Assembly: GCA_002633005.1 (NCBI GenBank)
Contig: NMRA01000379.1
Span: forward strand, 62,001 to 126,000
Origin: Phoronis australis
Taxonomy: Eukaryota; Animalia; Phoronida
Length of the DNA stretch: 64,000 nucleotides
Direction of reading: 5' to 3'
The notes beneath the pieces are model-generated. The model ran no database searches, was not told the DNA's origin, and saw nothing but the letters and a program-made list of their open reading frames with translations. A program made the translations under genes and the position numbers. Numbering within the stretch: the stretch's first letter is position 1; the number at the start of each line of letters is the position of its first letter. This document shows, piece by piece, positions 36,451 through 47,349 of this stretch.

Positions 36451-37154
36451 ATGGTTCTCTCGTATGCGATTCGAACGAGTGAAAAAGTACACAACGCTGC
36501 AAATATTTTTATCGTCTACGAACAGTCGACATTTTAGATACTAAGTAGATCGGTGCTGGTTGCTCCACCGATTCCCGTTACACAAACATTCCCACGCCAA
36601 AGGAAAAATGACTCAGTACTAAAATTAAAATAGTCTTAAGGTGTACAAATGCTTTCCTCAATAGAAACACTAACGTCATCTGTCACCTTTCGTCATGGTT
36701 CTTCAAGCTTAGAAGCTAGGGTGGCAGGCGACAAACTTAAAGAGAACTTGACGCAGACACAAAAATGATCAAAAGATCTTTATGGGACCCAATTAACGTA
36801 GGTTCAATGCATTTGAAAAGAGGGGCGGCAGATGATGTCGTCTGCGTGATAGCAGCTAGTTAGACGACTGTCATGAGGACTCATTGAAATAGGTAGATAT
36901 TAAGGCAATATCAAAGAAAAGTAAAAGTGCACCTGGGGACTCCGCAGTAATCCTCATTAGAAACACATGTCAAATTTCATGAAAATCCAACGGCCACAGC
37001 TAGGCAAAAAACTGCCACTGTTGGTGGTGCCACAAATGTCGTGCCCGTCCGAAAATCGTCGTCAGCTGTGCTCTTGTCCCAGCAGAGAAATAAAAAGGTC
37101 CCGCTTGCCACCATATTTGTACCGAATCTCCCACGTCTGCCCTAGGTGGGGGTA

Positions 37155-37311
37155 CAGTAGCGGATTTAGGGATGACCAAGGGGCCATGGCTCCCGTAAAA
37201 TTCTCCCAGATTCCATTTGGCATTTCGGGGTTGCGAATTTCTGACGGGTAAAACCCTTGCTAATCCTCTGCCCTGCCCCCCTCCCAACTCAAAATCCTGA
37301 ATCTGTCCTTG
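37155..37311 (+). mobile_element. hAT-like MITE, copy A
   Basis: cagtagcggat...atctgtccttg; internally homologous to 38995-39147. Confidence 0.7.
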
Positions 37312-38994
37312 GGATCGGACAATGATCCCGCAGGGATGAAGTCATTAAGAGTTGAGTAACCGTGAACCAACACGAAGAGTAACAGGAGCTGAGCTAGCTG
37401 AGAGCTAACAGTGTGAAAATACGAAATTCCCGATGAACTAAAGCTAGTTGCTGGTCAGCTCAGCTGTGATTCACTTGAGACAGGCAACTAGTGCCGGCCG
37501 TCAGCGCTCGCTCTAAGGTCAAGATTCGTTTTATTGTGATCCAGTTTCGGGAAAACTTTATTTTATTATGGTCATTCTTTGAAGGAGTTTTTTTTTGAAA
37601 AGTTGAGGTCCCGAAGCTCTTGCTATAGTGCCATTGGGGCTGTTTCAAAATGCCTAGTTGAAACACGACCAGTAGTTCAGTTTCTGGTGGCTGGGGAAAA
37701 TGATAGTGTGTCCCAAAAATACCGGCACAAACTTTCTGAACGCCTGGAGTTCAAATTCAGTTCCCATGGATCACTGAGATTCTGCGTGTCACGATCGGGC
37801 CTACTGCAGGGTTACATCTTATTTTTAACGAGAGTACGTCAGTCGTGACGTGCACGAGAATCACGTGGAAATTCCTTACAAACAACTCAAAGTAACCATC
37901 TTTAAAAGAGATACTATTCTTGAGATACTACGGGGAACAGTAACATTATTTTATAACTAATCAACGGAAATAATCCTTGTGTAATTCACAGTGGTCTGTC
38001 TTCACGTTCTTAAAAATTCCACCCTTTCGATGTCGGTAAACCTACTGTATTTTTTTCACATATTTGGTTGTTTGGGTCGAATGGCTATGCTGTGCACGAA
38101 TGTTTTGTGTTTTTTTAAGAATTTGGAATCTCAAATTCCATCGTGAATACTTGGCAGTGTCGGATTTTCGTGTATAGAGGGACAAGGGTAAATTTCCCCC
38201 GAACTGCTCCACCGAGAGAGGGTACCGTCTGAAATGGGACACCTTAAGATGAAAGGCTAAACATCATTAAGCTTGGAAAAAAGTGTGACACACCGTCGTG
38301 TGGTCCCAGAACAATGCAAGGAATGACCTCCTTTCATGAAAGCCGGTTGCACGATTTCACAAAAACAGGAAAATAGAGGTAATCGATTCCAACATTGGGC
38401 CCTCTTTCCGTGAACGGCCTCCTTCAAGGGCGGGGCCGCTAAATATGAAAATATCTATACTTTCAAATATCAGGAAATGCGCAGCAATTGATGTTATCTG
38501 TCAGGTCATCAATTTTTCTCAAGTAATATACAGTTTCGAGAGAAAAATAAAGCGAAAGTTGTCTCCGTTATCCCTTGGCAGAGAAAGGCATCTGGAAAAA
38601 TATAGTTTTGTATTTGCAAAATTGACTTATTGAAATTAAAAATCCAGCAAATTAGTACGCTCCGCAAAAGCTTCGCTTCACAAATTTTCTCGATTTTTCA
38701 AAATATATGTATGATTGATTTCGTGCACGTTTTCAAGTGCGTTTACTTTAGACTACCTGTGCTGCAAAAGCGGAGACCTTAACGACTATTTCCTGGCCAG
38801 GGTCCTCAAAGGGTAAACCATGCACCGACCGATGCAGAGTTGTTAAACGTTCTCTTGAATTTTCTCTCATATCCGTATTTCGCAGTCTTTTTTCTCGACT
38901 GTCCCCGGCCCCACGCCTATGTCTGTTGCCACGGTTTAACCCTGACACCTGAACATTTTTTGGGGGGCCCGTGCCCCTCCCCTACGGCCCTGCT

Positions 38995-39147
38995 CAGTGG
39001 CGTACTTAAGGGAAAGGCAAGGGGCCATGGCCACCCTAAAATTCTCCTATATTCCATTTGGCACTTCGGGGGTGCGAATGTCTGACGGGCAAAATCCTGG
39101 CTAATACTCTGCCCTCCCCCCAACTCAAAATCCTGGATCCGCCCCAG
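38995..39147 (+). mobile_element. hAT-like MITE, copy B
   Basis: cagtggcgta...ggatccgccccag; shares ggggccatgg..taaaattctcc..attccatttggca..ctgacggg..caactcaaaatcctg with copy A. Confidence 0.7.
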
Positions 39148-40144
39148 TCACTAAGAGGCCATATCAAAAGCCTAGCCGCCGGCATAGTGGGATCCATCTG
39201 AAAAGAAATTCTCATTCATGATGCAACACAAACACTGTATCTCAAGTTTGGTTTTGGAGATACAGCAACTCATGGGCACCATCCTCCACCCGAAATCGAA
39301 GGGTGGGATTGACAGCTTTGTTTTCTACAATAATACACATGTATGAGGGCGCATGATATATTTCAAGCTCTTTCAACAATACGATTAACTGAGATTTATA
39401 GTCATAGACATCTTGGTTATATTATTTCTTGAATAACAAGACACCATCAACATTTACAAAATGACATACAGTCAGTAAAATACTCCTGTATGGGGCAAAT
39501 AAACAGATACTTGAGTCTGTCAGATCTTTTGTAAAAAATGTTGATGACAAATGGGGGCTCCAAAATGCTCACAATAACTAAACTGTCACAATACTGAGTG
39601 TCTAGAGGAGGGGTCGGCCAGGTATGTCGCAGTCGTTTCATGGCTTAGCTGTACATGCACTTGCACTCAATCAGGAGCGGCCCACGGCCATCCAGTGTCT
39701 AAGCAGCACGAGGTTGAAATTCGATCTGTGCAAGTAATATCCTTGATGATGAGTAAAACCAACGGGGAACCAAACAGTTTGACTGCTAGTCTGCACCATG
39801 CAGCAACAAATTCATGTTTTTTCCAAACTCAGAATACACTCTTAAACTGTATGAGAAACCACTTGACAAAGACTTGTAGGCAGTTTTACATTAAAGCTGT
39901 TTTTGACAGCAGATGGTTTACACTAATGTATGCATCCATGTGAAATGATAATGGAAGCTTCAGATCTGGCTAAAATGAGTTTGTCACTTCAAGTGAGAAA
40001 ATGACTGGGAGTCTTAGGCTTCCAAAACAAGGTTCTGTCCATCTTAATGTAAATATTCTGCAGTGAGCCACCACTGCTAGTCAGTCAAATGCAAATATTC
40101 TGGCTGCAGCTAAGCCACCACCGCCAGTCAGTCAAATGCCACCT

Positions 40145-40918
40145 TTAATTATTTTGGCATGGCTTTCTCCTGTTTCGGCAGCCTGGTGGCTTAGTACCCA
40201 CATAGGCATCGCAGATCAATTTCACCAGATCAGTAGAGGCCTGGTCTTGTATTTCCTCGGTGTGGACACCATTTAGGCTCACCCACGGCACATAAGAATG
40301 TTTTGGGGTTCTCAGTGCCATCTCGTGTTCATAAGTGTTACCAGTCTTTGATGTGTAACAGTTGTGAATTTTCTGGGCGTCCATCTTTGATTTCGAGGCA
40401 CATGTCTCAAATATCTCATCAGGAAACTTTTTGGCCGATTCCACACAATAGATAAATTTCAGGTGAACATCTTGGTCTGGATACAAATTAATTGCGCAGG
40501 TTTCAATGATATTTCCCATACATTCTCTCTTCCCATGTTGACAAGTGAAATCCCATCTGTGTTTTGTTTCGTTCCAAGCTTCACGTGCATTGCCGAATGG
40601 AATCAAGGTAAAGTTAACAATGCCTCCCACTTCTTGAAAAGCCTTGTACAGTTGATTCTGTATGAACGCTTGGCAATCTGGACACAGGGATTCGTACAGC
40701 AAACCGATTCGAACGCGAGGGAAAACTCCGGTTTTCAGTGCATTCGATGGACGCCTCCATGCGTGCTCAAAGCAAGCTTTCTCTGCGTGACATGCTTTGG
40801 CAATTTCCTGAGAGCTGCACCACACACTTGGAGGCCATTCACACTGGGGACCCGTACTCAAAGCCGAGGTCAGGCCGATCAACACTGCGGAAATCGATGC
40901 AAAATAAATCACTGTCAT
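40145..40918 (-). CDS. IFI30: GILT copy 2, intronless
   Basis: Signal peptide, SapA-like motif, YESLCPDC active site, CQHGKRECMGN signature; paralogue of 28977-29759. Confidence 0.96.
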   Translation of the reverse strand: MTVIYFASISAVLIGLTSALSTGPQCEWPPSVWCSSQEIAKACHAEKACFEHAWRRPSNALKTGVFPRVRIGLLYESLCPDCQAFIQNQLYKAFQEVGGIVNFTLIPFGNAREAWNETKHRWDFTCQHGKRECMGNIIETCAINLYPDQDVHLKFIYCVESAKKFPDEIFETCASKSKMDAQKIHNCYTSKTGNTYEHEMALRTPKHSYVPWVSLNGVHTEEIQDQASTDLVKLICDAYVGTKPPGCRNRRKPCQNN

Positions 40919-41046
40919 GTCAATAAACTACTGCAATGAGAGCAGATTTTCGGACCTAACACTACCTATCTACGCCAGTCAACGGGAGAGTACGTTAGTA
41001 GCTCTCTTAACTTGTTGCGTGGTCAACTTGTGTCAAAGACATTGAC

Positions 41047-41137
41047 CTTTATACATTATGTATTGTACGTTCAACGCCATTCGCTGACCTCATTCTTCAG
41101 TCATGTGACGATATGGTTGAAATGCAAGTCATGTGAT
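41047..41137 (-). promoter_or_regulatory. GILT-2 promoter: TATA plus two M-box/CLEAR-like sites
   Basis: TATAAAG on the minus strand at 41047-41053, GTCATGTGAC at 41100-41109 and GTCATGTGAT at 41128-41137. Confidence 0.62.
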
Positions 41138-42499
41138 TAACAAAATATGTCACCGGGAGGTTGTTTTAGCTTGCCCTGTATGCGCCCTGTAGTGGGTAAA
41201 TTCCTTATTGTCAGTGGCGTAAATCAACTATTGGCGACGTTTATTATTTATTGACAGCATTTCCGTTTATAATTGTTCAGTGCTGGACTCAGCCGCCTTT
41301 ACATTGTACGCCATGGGACATAGTCCGTGCGTTTAGACACAAAAGGGAAGGCTCAGGCTACCACTCAGTGCCGTTTCGCCCTTGTGAAACACGAAGAATT
41401 TAGCAAGACCTTGGTTTCAAAAAGATGCCTAAATTTCTTTTAAGATAGATGCACAAGGTTACAAAAAATCTTTAAAAAGTCTTGCAACCGAGTTTTCTCT
41501 GACACTTCAATTTGTTCATTGTCATGTGTTCCGGCAAAAAATCAAAGTGGTCTCAATCTTGACAGACGTTAGTCCCGACCAATGTGGATCGCTCGAAGAG
41601 GGGAGGAGGTCGAGATTGCCCGCTTAGGCATGTATTCACTACCCAGACAGCCAGAGTGCAATACTGGTCGAGAACTGTGGCGCAATAGGCAGGCTCCGCC
41701 CCGGCGGCAAAAGTTCCCGGAACTCGGCTGGTTCGACATATATTGTCATTGAGCAATGAAACCAAAACAACTGACTCTATGGGTTATTCCTGTTTTGAGA
41801 GGAAACCAAGATGCGCGGCCCCTTTTAATTGCTTGGTCACCAGGTTATGACGACACTTTCTGCGCATGGATAGTGAATAGAGGCCGGACGGGAACACTCT
41901 GCAGTAAGCCTAAGGCTGACGTGGACATGTTTTTCCCTGAGAGTTTTTGAATGTGAAAAATGAAATTTACCCATTTACCAGACAAGCTGTCATTCACAAA
42001 ATTTATAGTATTCATTGAGTATATGTAACAAACTCGTGAATATTAGAAATATTTTTGCGACGTCTCTAATTAATTATAAATGCACTGTTTGGTTAGTAAA
42101 ATAGCAAAGTGTTAAATAGAAAATCACGTGTCTCATAAAGTCCAAGAATACCACGTACGCTAATTTGTAAGAGAAACAGTTGGGAAGCTGAATGAAGCAC
42201 TTTTGAAGTAATTTTCTGAACTCCTTCCAAAAAATCTTCTACGGAGCAACATTTTCAAAAAAAGGTATGACAGTGTTTCTTAAGCTTTATCAAAACAGGA
42301 ACGTAAATTAGAATCCTGAACTTGGAGTTTGACAAAAAATTATTTGTCGCAATAATCCTGTCCTGTACGTGTAACATTCTAAATTGTGACCATCTAATGT
42401 TGTGATCCCTTGTAATTTCCTGGGGCAATGCGTATGTTTTCTTCCAATCTTAACTATTTCTCATTTTACACTTTGACTTAGAAGGTTTCTTGATGTCGT

Positions 42500-44560
42500 T
42501 AAAAGTAGAACAAATGTGTCTACAACGTTCACATTATTCCGTAATTAGTCAGTAATTGTTAAAGGCATGCAAGGAGAATAGTTTAAATTTACTTTTTTGA
42601 AACCTTCCTAGAAAAGAAACAACGCCATTATATTCTACAAAGTTGGTTTTCACATCATACCAGCTTATCATATGGTCTAAACTAACAAATCTTGAGCCTT
42701 TTACAAGCCAAGACTAATAAAAACATTTCTGCCTCCGATCCCAATTTACTATTAAACCACAAAGGTTGATTCAAAAAGTCTTTAACTTGTATCGATTATA
42801 TTCTCATTGAAAGTTCTCATAGTTCCAAATACGTAGCGCCAATAGAAATTGTCAGTAAGAGTCAACGTCGACTCAGTCTTCTCCAAATGAAGCAAAATTC
42901 TGTAAAAAGGGGTAGAGTGAATACAGTAACAGACCACTTTTAGACGCGGGGCTTTCAAGATATTTACGGATCATGGCAAATTTTAAAGCTTTGATGAAAG
43001 TATGTATATTAACCATTTGAAGTTCCTCTTGACCTAGCCCTTAACAGGCCGTAGTTTTAGCCGACAATACAAATCTAATGAATATCGTGTTGAATTCATC
43101 CAAGACCTCTACTGGTGGATTTTGTAAACTTGACAACAAAAAATAAGTTTCGAAAAAGCTAACGGTTTAAAAACGGCGTTGATTTCGTCGACTCCAACTT
43201 TTAATAAAGGCTTAATAACAGTCATTTTTGTCCAAGACATACTTTCTTTCGTAGGAACCACGGCATCACTACCAGTTTTACTTCCAAATCATATGGCTTT
43301 TGTTTTATCCACATTCACTTGGAGACCTGAGACACTAGCAAAAACAAATGTAGCACATTCAGTGTGGTAGTCAATGACAAATTCGAACCATCTAAAGTAT
43401 CGATTTGTCGTCTGCATATTGCGAAATTAAATTTCATGCAATACTTTTATTAGTCTTGATTAAATACGCCAAAATCTCCGCGCACAATATAAAAATGTAA
43501 GACAGGGGGTCACCTTGTCTGCACCGCGCGAAATAATGAACCAAGAAGAAGGGTGACCATTTGCAACAACACACGACTTAATATTACAAAAATAGACTTT
43601 TACCCACCTTCTGATCGATCAACCAAAATTAAGGAAAGATAAAGTTTGTGTACACAATTCCACCACAGTGAATCAATAGGTTGCTCAAATCAATCAGTAA
43701 AAGCAATCCAGGTTTGTTAGCTGCCTGGGCATAAAACATTAAATCATATAGCACGCGGATGTTTTCGTTCATATTTCTTCCAGAAACAAAAACTTGTCTG
43801 GTCCTTACTGACTAGTTTTCCCAAAACTGATTTTAATCGTTCAGTTACAACCGAAGAAGTCAATTTATATGTCACACTGAGTAAGAATTTGGGACACCAG
43901 TTTTTCGAATAATGTTTACTTTTATCTGCTCCCTTAGGGATGCAGGTAATCACTCCCTCTTTCTGTGTTGATGATAACTGATCAACAGTAAAACCAATAT
44001 TACGTGAGCGAACAACAAAATGTCTAATGTCAGCTCAAAAGAGTTCCGAAATTCCACTGAAAAACCATCGGAGCCTGGGCTCTTGCTGCTTTTCATTTTT
44101 TCAAGCATTGCGTGACTTGTTCATATGTAAGAAGACCTAATTTTTCTTTTCCTGTCTCATTCAGTTTGGAGACACAAACCATATCAAGAAAGTTTCTAAA
44201 GCAGTATTGCTAGAATTTGTATAGATTTTCATGAAAAGTTTTAGTTTTCTGAATAACCTCTTCTTCACTGTTGGTTTTAGTATTGTCAGATTTCCAAAGG
44301 AAAGGTACAAACTTACTTGTGTAATGCCTATTTTCTAAGTGAAGAAAATATTTGGAAGGTTTTTTACCCTCTTCAATCCAACTTGTTCTCGACCTAGTCA
44401 TAAGACCACTTTTCAGCTTTGATTTATTCTGCCTTAGCTCGGCAAGTTGATTATTTTTTGTTCAAGTAGACCTATTTCCCTATCAAAGCTTACACTTTTT
44501 TCCAAAAGCCTTATTTCTTCAATAAGTTCTTGACCAGATTTATCACGCTATCTTGTCAAG
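42500..44560 (-). mobile_element. Degraded L1/Tx1-clade LINE ORF2
   Basis: RSRTSWIEEGKKPSKYFLHLE; KSPGSDGFSVEF; GVITCIPKGADK..KNW; CRQGDPLS (about 43500-43522); LISQYADD (about 43405-43430). Many stops and frameshifts. Confidence 0.9.
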
Positions 44561-44789
44561 TAAGTAGCAAGAGGAAACTCAGCCTTAGGTCACTAGAAAA
44601 GAGAATGAATTTTAAACCAGAAAAAAGCGTTGATCTTGCCTTCTAAGAATCTAATAATTCTCTCTTCTTTGTGGTACCATCCCGCCATGACCTTAAACTT
44701 GATAATGAAATCATTACTTGAAAACAGTCGCGCAGACATACTGTCAGATGAAAAAACTTTCCTTCACACCTCACTTTCGTACAAAAAGT

Positions 44790-45870
44790 TCTGAAACTGA
44801 TCAATCCATTTAAGCTTGTCTCTAATCATCTGAATGTTACATATTTAGAAGTCCTGTTCAAATCTGTTGTACTTCCACACATCGATTATTGTGATGTATT
44901 TCAGTCTGCCAACACTGGTGCACTCCAGCATTTGGAGAAATTACAGTATCAAGCTGTCTTACTCATAGTTGGAGCTTACAGGGGATCCAATAATGTTTAA
45001 GTTTTGAATAGTCTCAAGTGGCCCAAACTGGCAATTCTACGCAACCTTCATATGACCACCTTTACTCTCTAAGTACTAAACAATGTCAACAATGCCTCCG
45101 TTGAATTATTTGACACATGGTCTAGGCAAGGCCATCGCACTGGTTTGAGATCTTCCGCCCCATATGCAATTCCTCCGTCGTTCAGTCAGGCTTTCAGAAG
45201 GTCTACAGTCATGATGTGCATCAACAGCTGAAATTATCTTACAGTCTCTGTTTAGGAAAGCAACTCATTCACGAATATAAAAACAATTTTAAAACAGTTT
45301 TTCATATTTTGACAACTCAATAGCTCTGACACTGTTCTCGCTGCCTCGCGAATACGAAATAGCATTGTACCGATCGAGATGCGGTCTTTTCTTCAAGTTT
45401 AGGCACAACTTTAGTAAGGTCTCTCCTGTCTGTAAATGTAATGACCATCAACCTTATCATCATATTTTCTTCAAATGAGCTCTCATCGAATGCCAAAGAA
45501 ACTCGTTCTTTCGTGCACTCATTGAAAACTTACACTGTTACTAAATGGTAGTCTATTAAACTTCGACCCCTTTCTCAGTGAATTCCTCTAAGTAGCGTTA
45601 GTAAATTTTTATGCGTCGCTTATAAATCTTGTTGCTCCTGTCTTACATATCTGTACATGTTTTTGTTTTAATATGTTTGCAATTTAGGGTAGGCTATCTA
45701 AATGTTTGAATACTTGTATTAGATACAACTTACATGCATATAGTTTTATGTATACTACTTTCATCTGTTTTGTCTACAACTCAGAAATAATGCCTCGCGA
45801 TTTCTGGGGTTGTCATTATTTTCCTTGTATGTTCTGTGTATTCTTTAATAAAGATATCACCTTGAAAAAA
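44790..45870 (+). mobile_element. Degraded CR1/L2-group LINE 3' end
   Basis: LFKSVVLPHIDYCDV...LEKLQYQAVLLIVGAYRGS...LKWPKLAILRNLH, later SPVCKC...HHIFF, then AATAAA and an A-run near 45847-45870. Confidence 0.82.
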
Positions 45871-47221
45871 ATCTTGGCCGAGATGTGTGTGAGCGTACAA
45901 TCTTAACCTTTTGCCAAGAGAAGCTGATTCAGAATCTCAACAGAGCTTCCTTTATTGAACGAGCTCATCGCCTCAAGTGTTCCTGGTCTGTGACAAATTT
46001 ATGTTGGATGGTACTGCATAGTCGACACAGAACCGTCATTAAACTTCAAATAGTACCGTCGAGTTCTACTGGAGCCAGAAGCAAGCAGGCACAATGATGG
46101 CCGCCTGGAGAATGTCGGTCAAAAATTAATCAAAACTCTAATCCATTATCTGTTAAGTTTAGTGTACGTGTGTGTATATTCATTTGTGCGAATACCGTTT
46201 TTGATATTACTAGCAATTTTGTATATTCCATGACAAGCCTTACCAATGGTATATCTATTTACAATCTGATTACTACCAATGTTACAGGCTTTCACAAGCA
46301 GTGTTTTATACTTGCATACGAATGGCTGGAGATGACGAGACTTCACCATGTAAACTGTTTCTTCCATGGCGTTTTTCTAAAAAAATCTTACGGTGTTCGA
46401 GGTCAGAAACCAGTGCACTGTCACTCATGGGCTGAGTATCTCAGTGGCATAATGCAGATATTATATATAACTGTCATATTCCCTGCTGTGTTGGCAGATG
46501 TCTTGTTGCAAACGCGCGTCTGAGTATCATTTCTATAATGCGACTGGGAAAAGGTTACCCCTTTGCGGACAGCTCGCTTGTCTGGCTAAGTAGTTTTCGC
46601 TAGCCTTTTCGCCACACACTCATGTGAAGTTAATACAAGATAGATCTGCCGTTTGAGGGAGGACAATAAAAAGGCATTTGACGAACGTTCCCAGACTTCG
46701 CGTCCGACGCCCGAGATGTGCCGTCCTATCAAAGGAACGCTGTTGGCCTACGGTAAGAATAAGTCCAGGCTCCTCGTAATCAAAACCGAAAATATTTTGT
46801 AACAGAAATAACAAGACCATGTTTCATATTGGCTTTTATTCAATGGTTGTTGCATGGCAAAGCAGACAGTGTGAACTACACAATAAGAGATAAATACAAA
46901 TCATATTTCACTATTTGTACAGTTTCAGTATCCAATTTCCATATACAAACTGAAGTGAATAAAAGTGCAAAGCTTTATTTTATCACAACCACTGGTTACT
47001 AGAAGTGATTCACATCACATAAGTACATTATCAAAATTGCTCATGTCAACAAACATCCTGAATTAGATACTAAGTATGCAGCACAGTTATCTGGACTAGG
47101 CTTTCAGCTCTTTGCATAACATTGAGCACAATACATAGACAACATTTCAATTTTGGCCATCAAGAAAACCACACAAATCTATGTAATGTGAAACCTGCAG
47201 AGGGAATTGGAACACGCCCCC

Positions 47222-47349
47222 GGGCCTGTTTCATAAAAAGTGACTTAAGACTTTTAAAAGTCAGAAATTTGGCCTTGCTTTCCACACAACTGTATATGAA
47301 GAATAATTATATCTCACTGGACCAACACCACTTTCATGAAACAGGCCCC
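47222..47349. mobile_element. Short MITE with GGGCCTGTTTCAT termini (PIF/Harbinger-like)
   Basis: gggcctgtttcataaaaagtg...cactttcatgaaacaggccc inverted ends. Confidence 0.65.

Noticed and set aside
29298-40939. Conserved antisense ORFs over both GILT genes (29298-29711 and 40463-40939)
   Set aside because: They are shadows of the near-identical sense coding sequence, with no independent coding signal.
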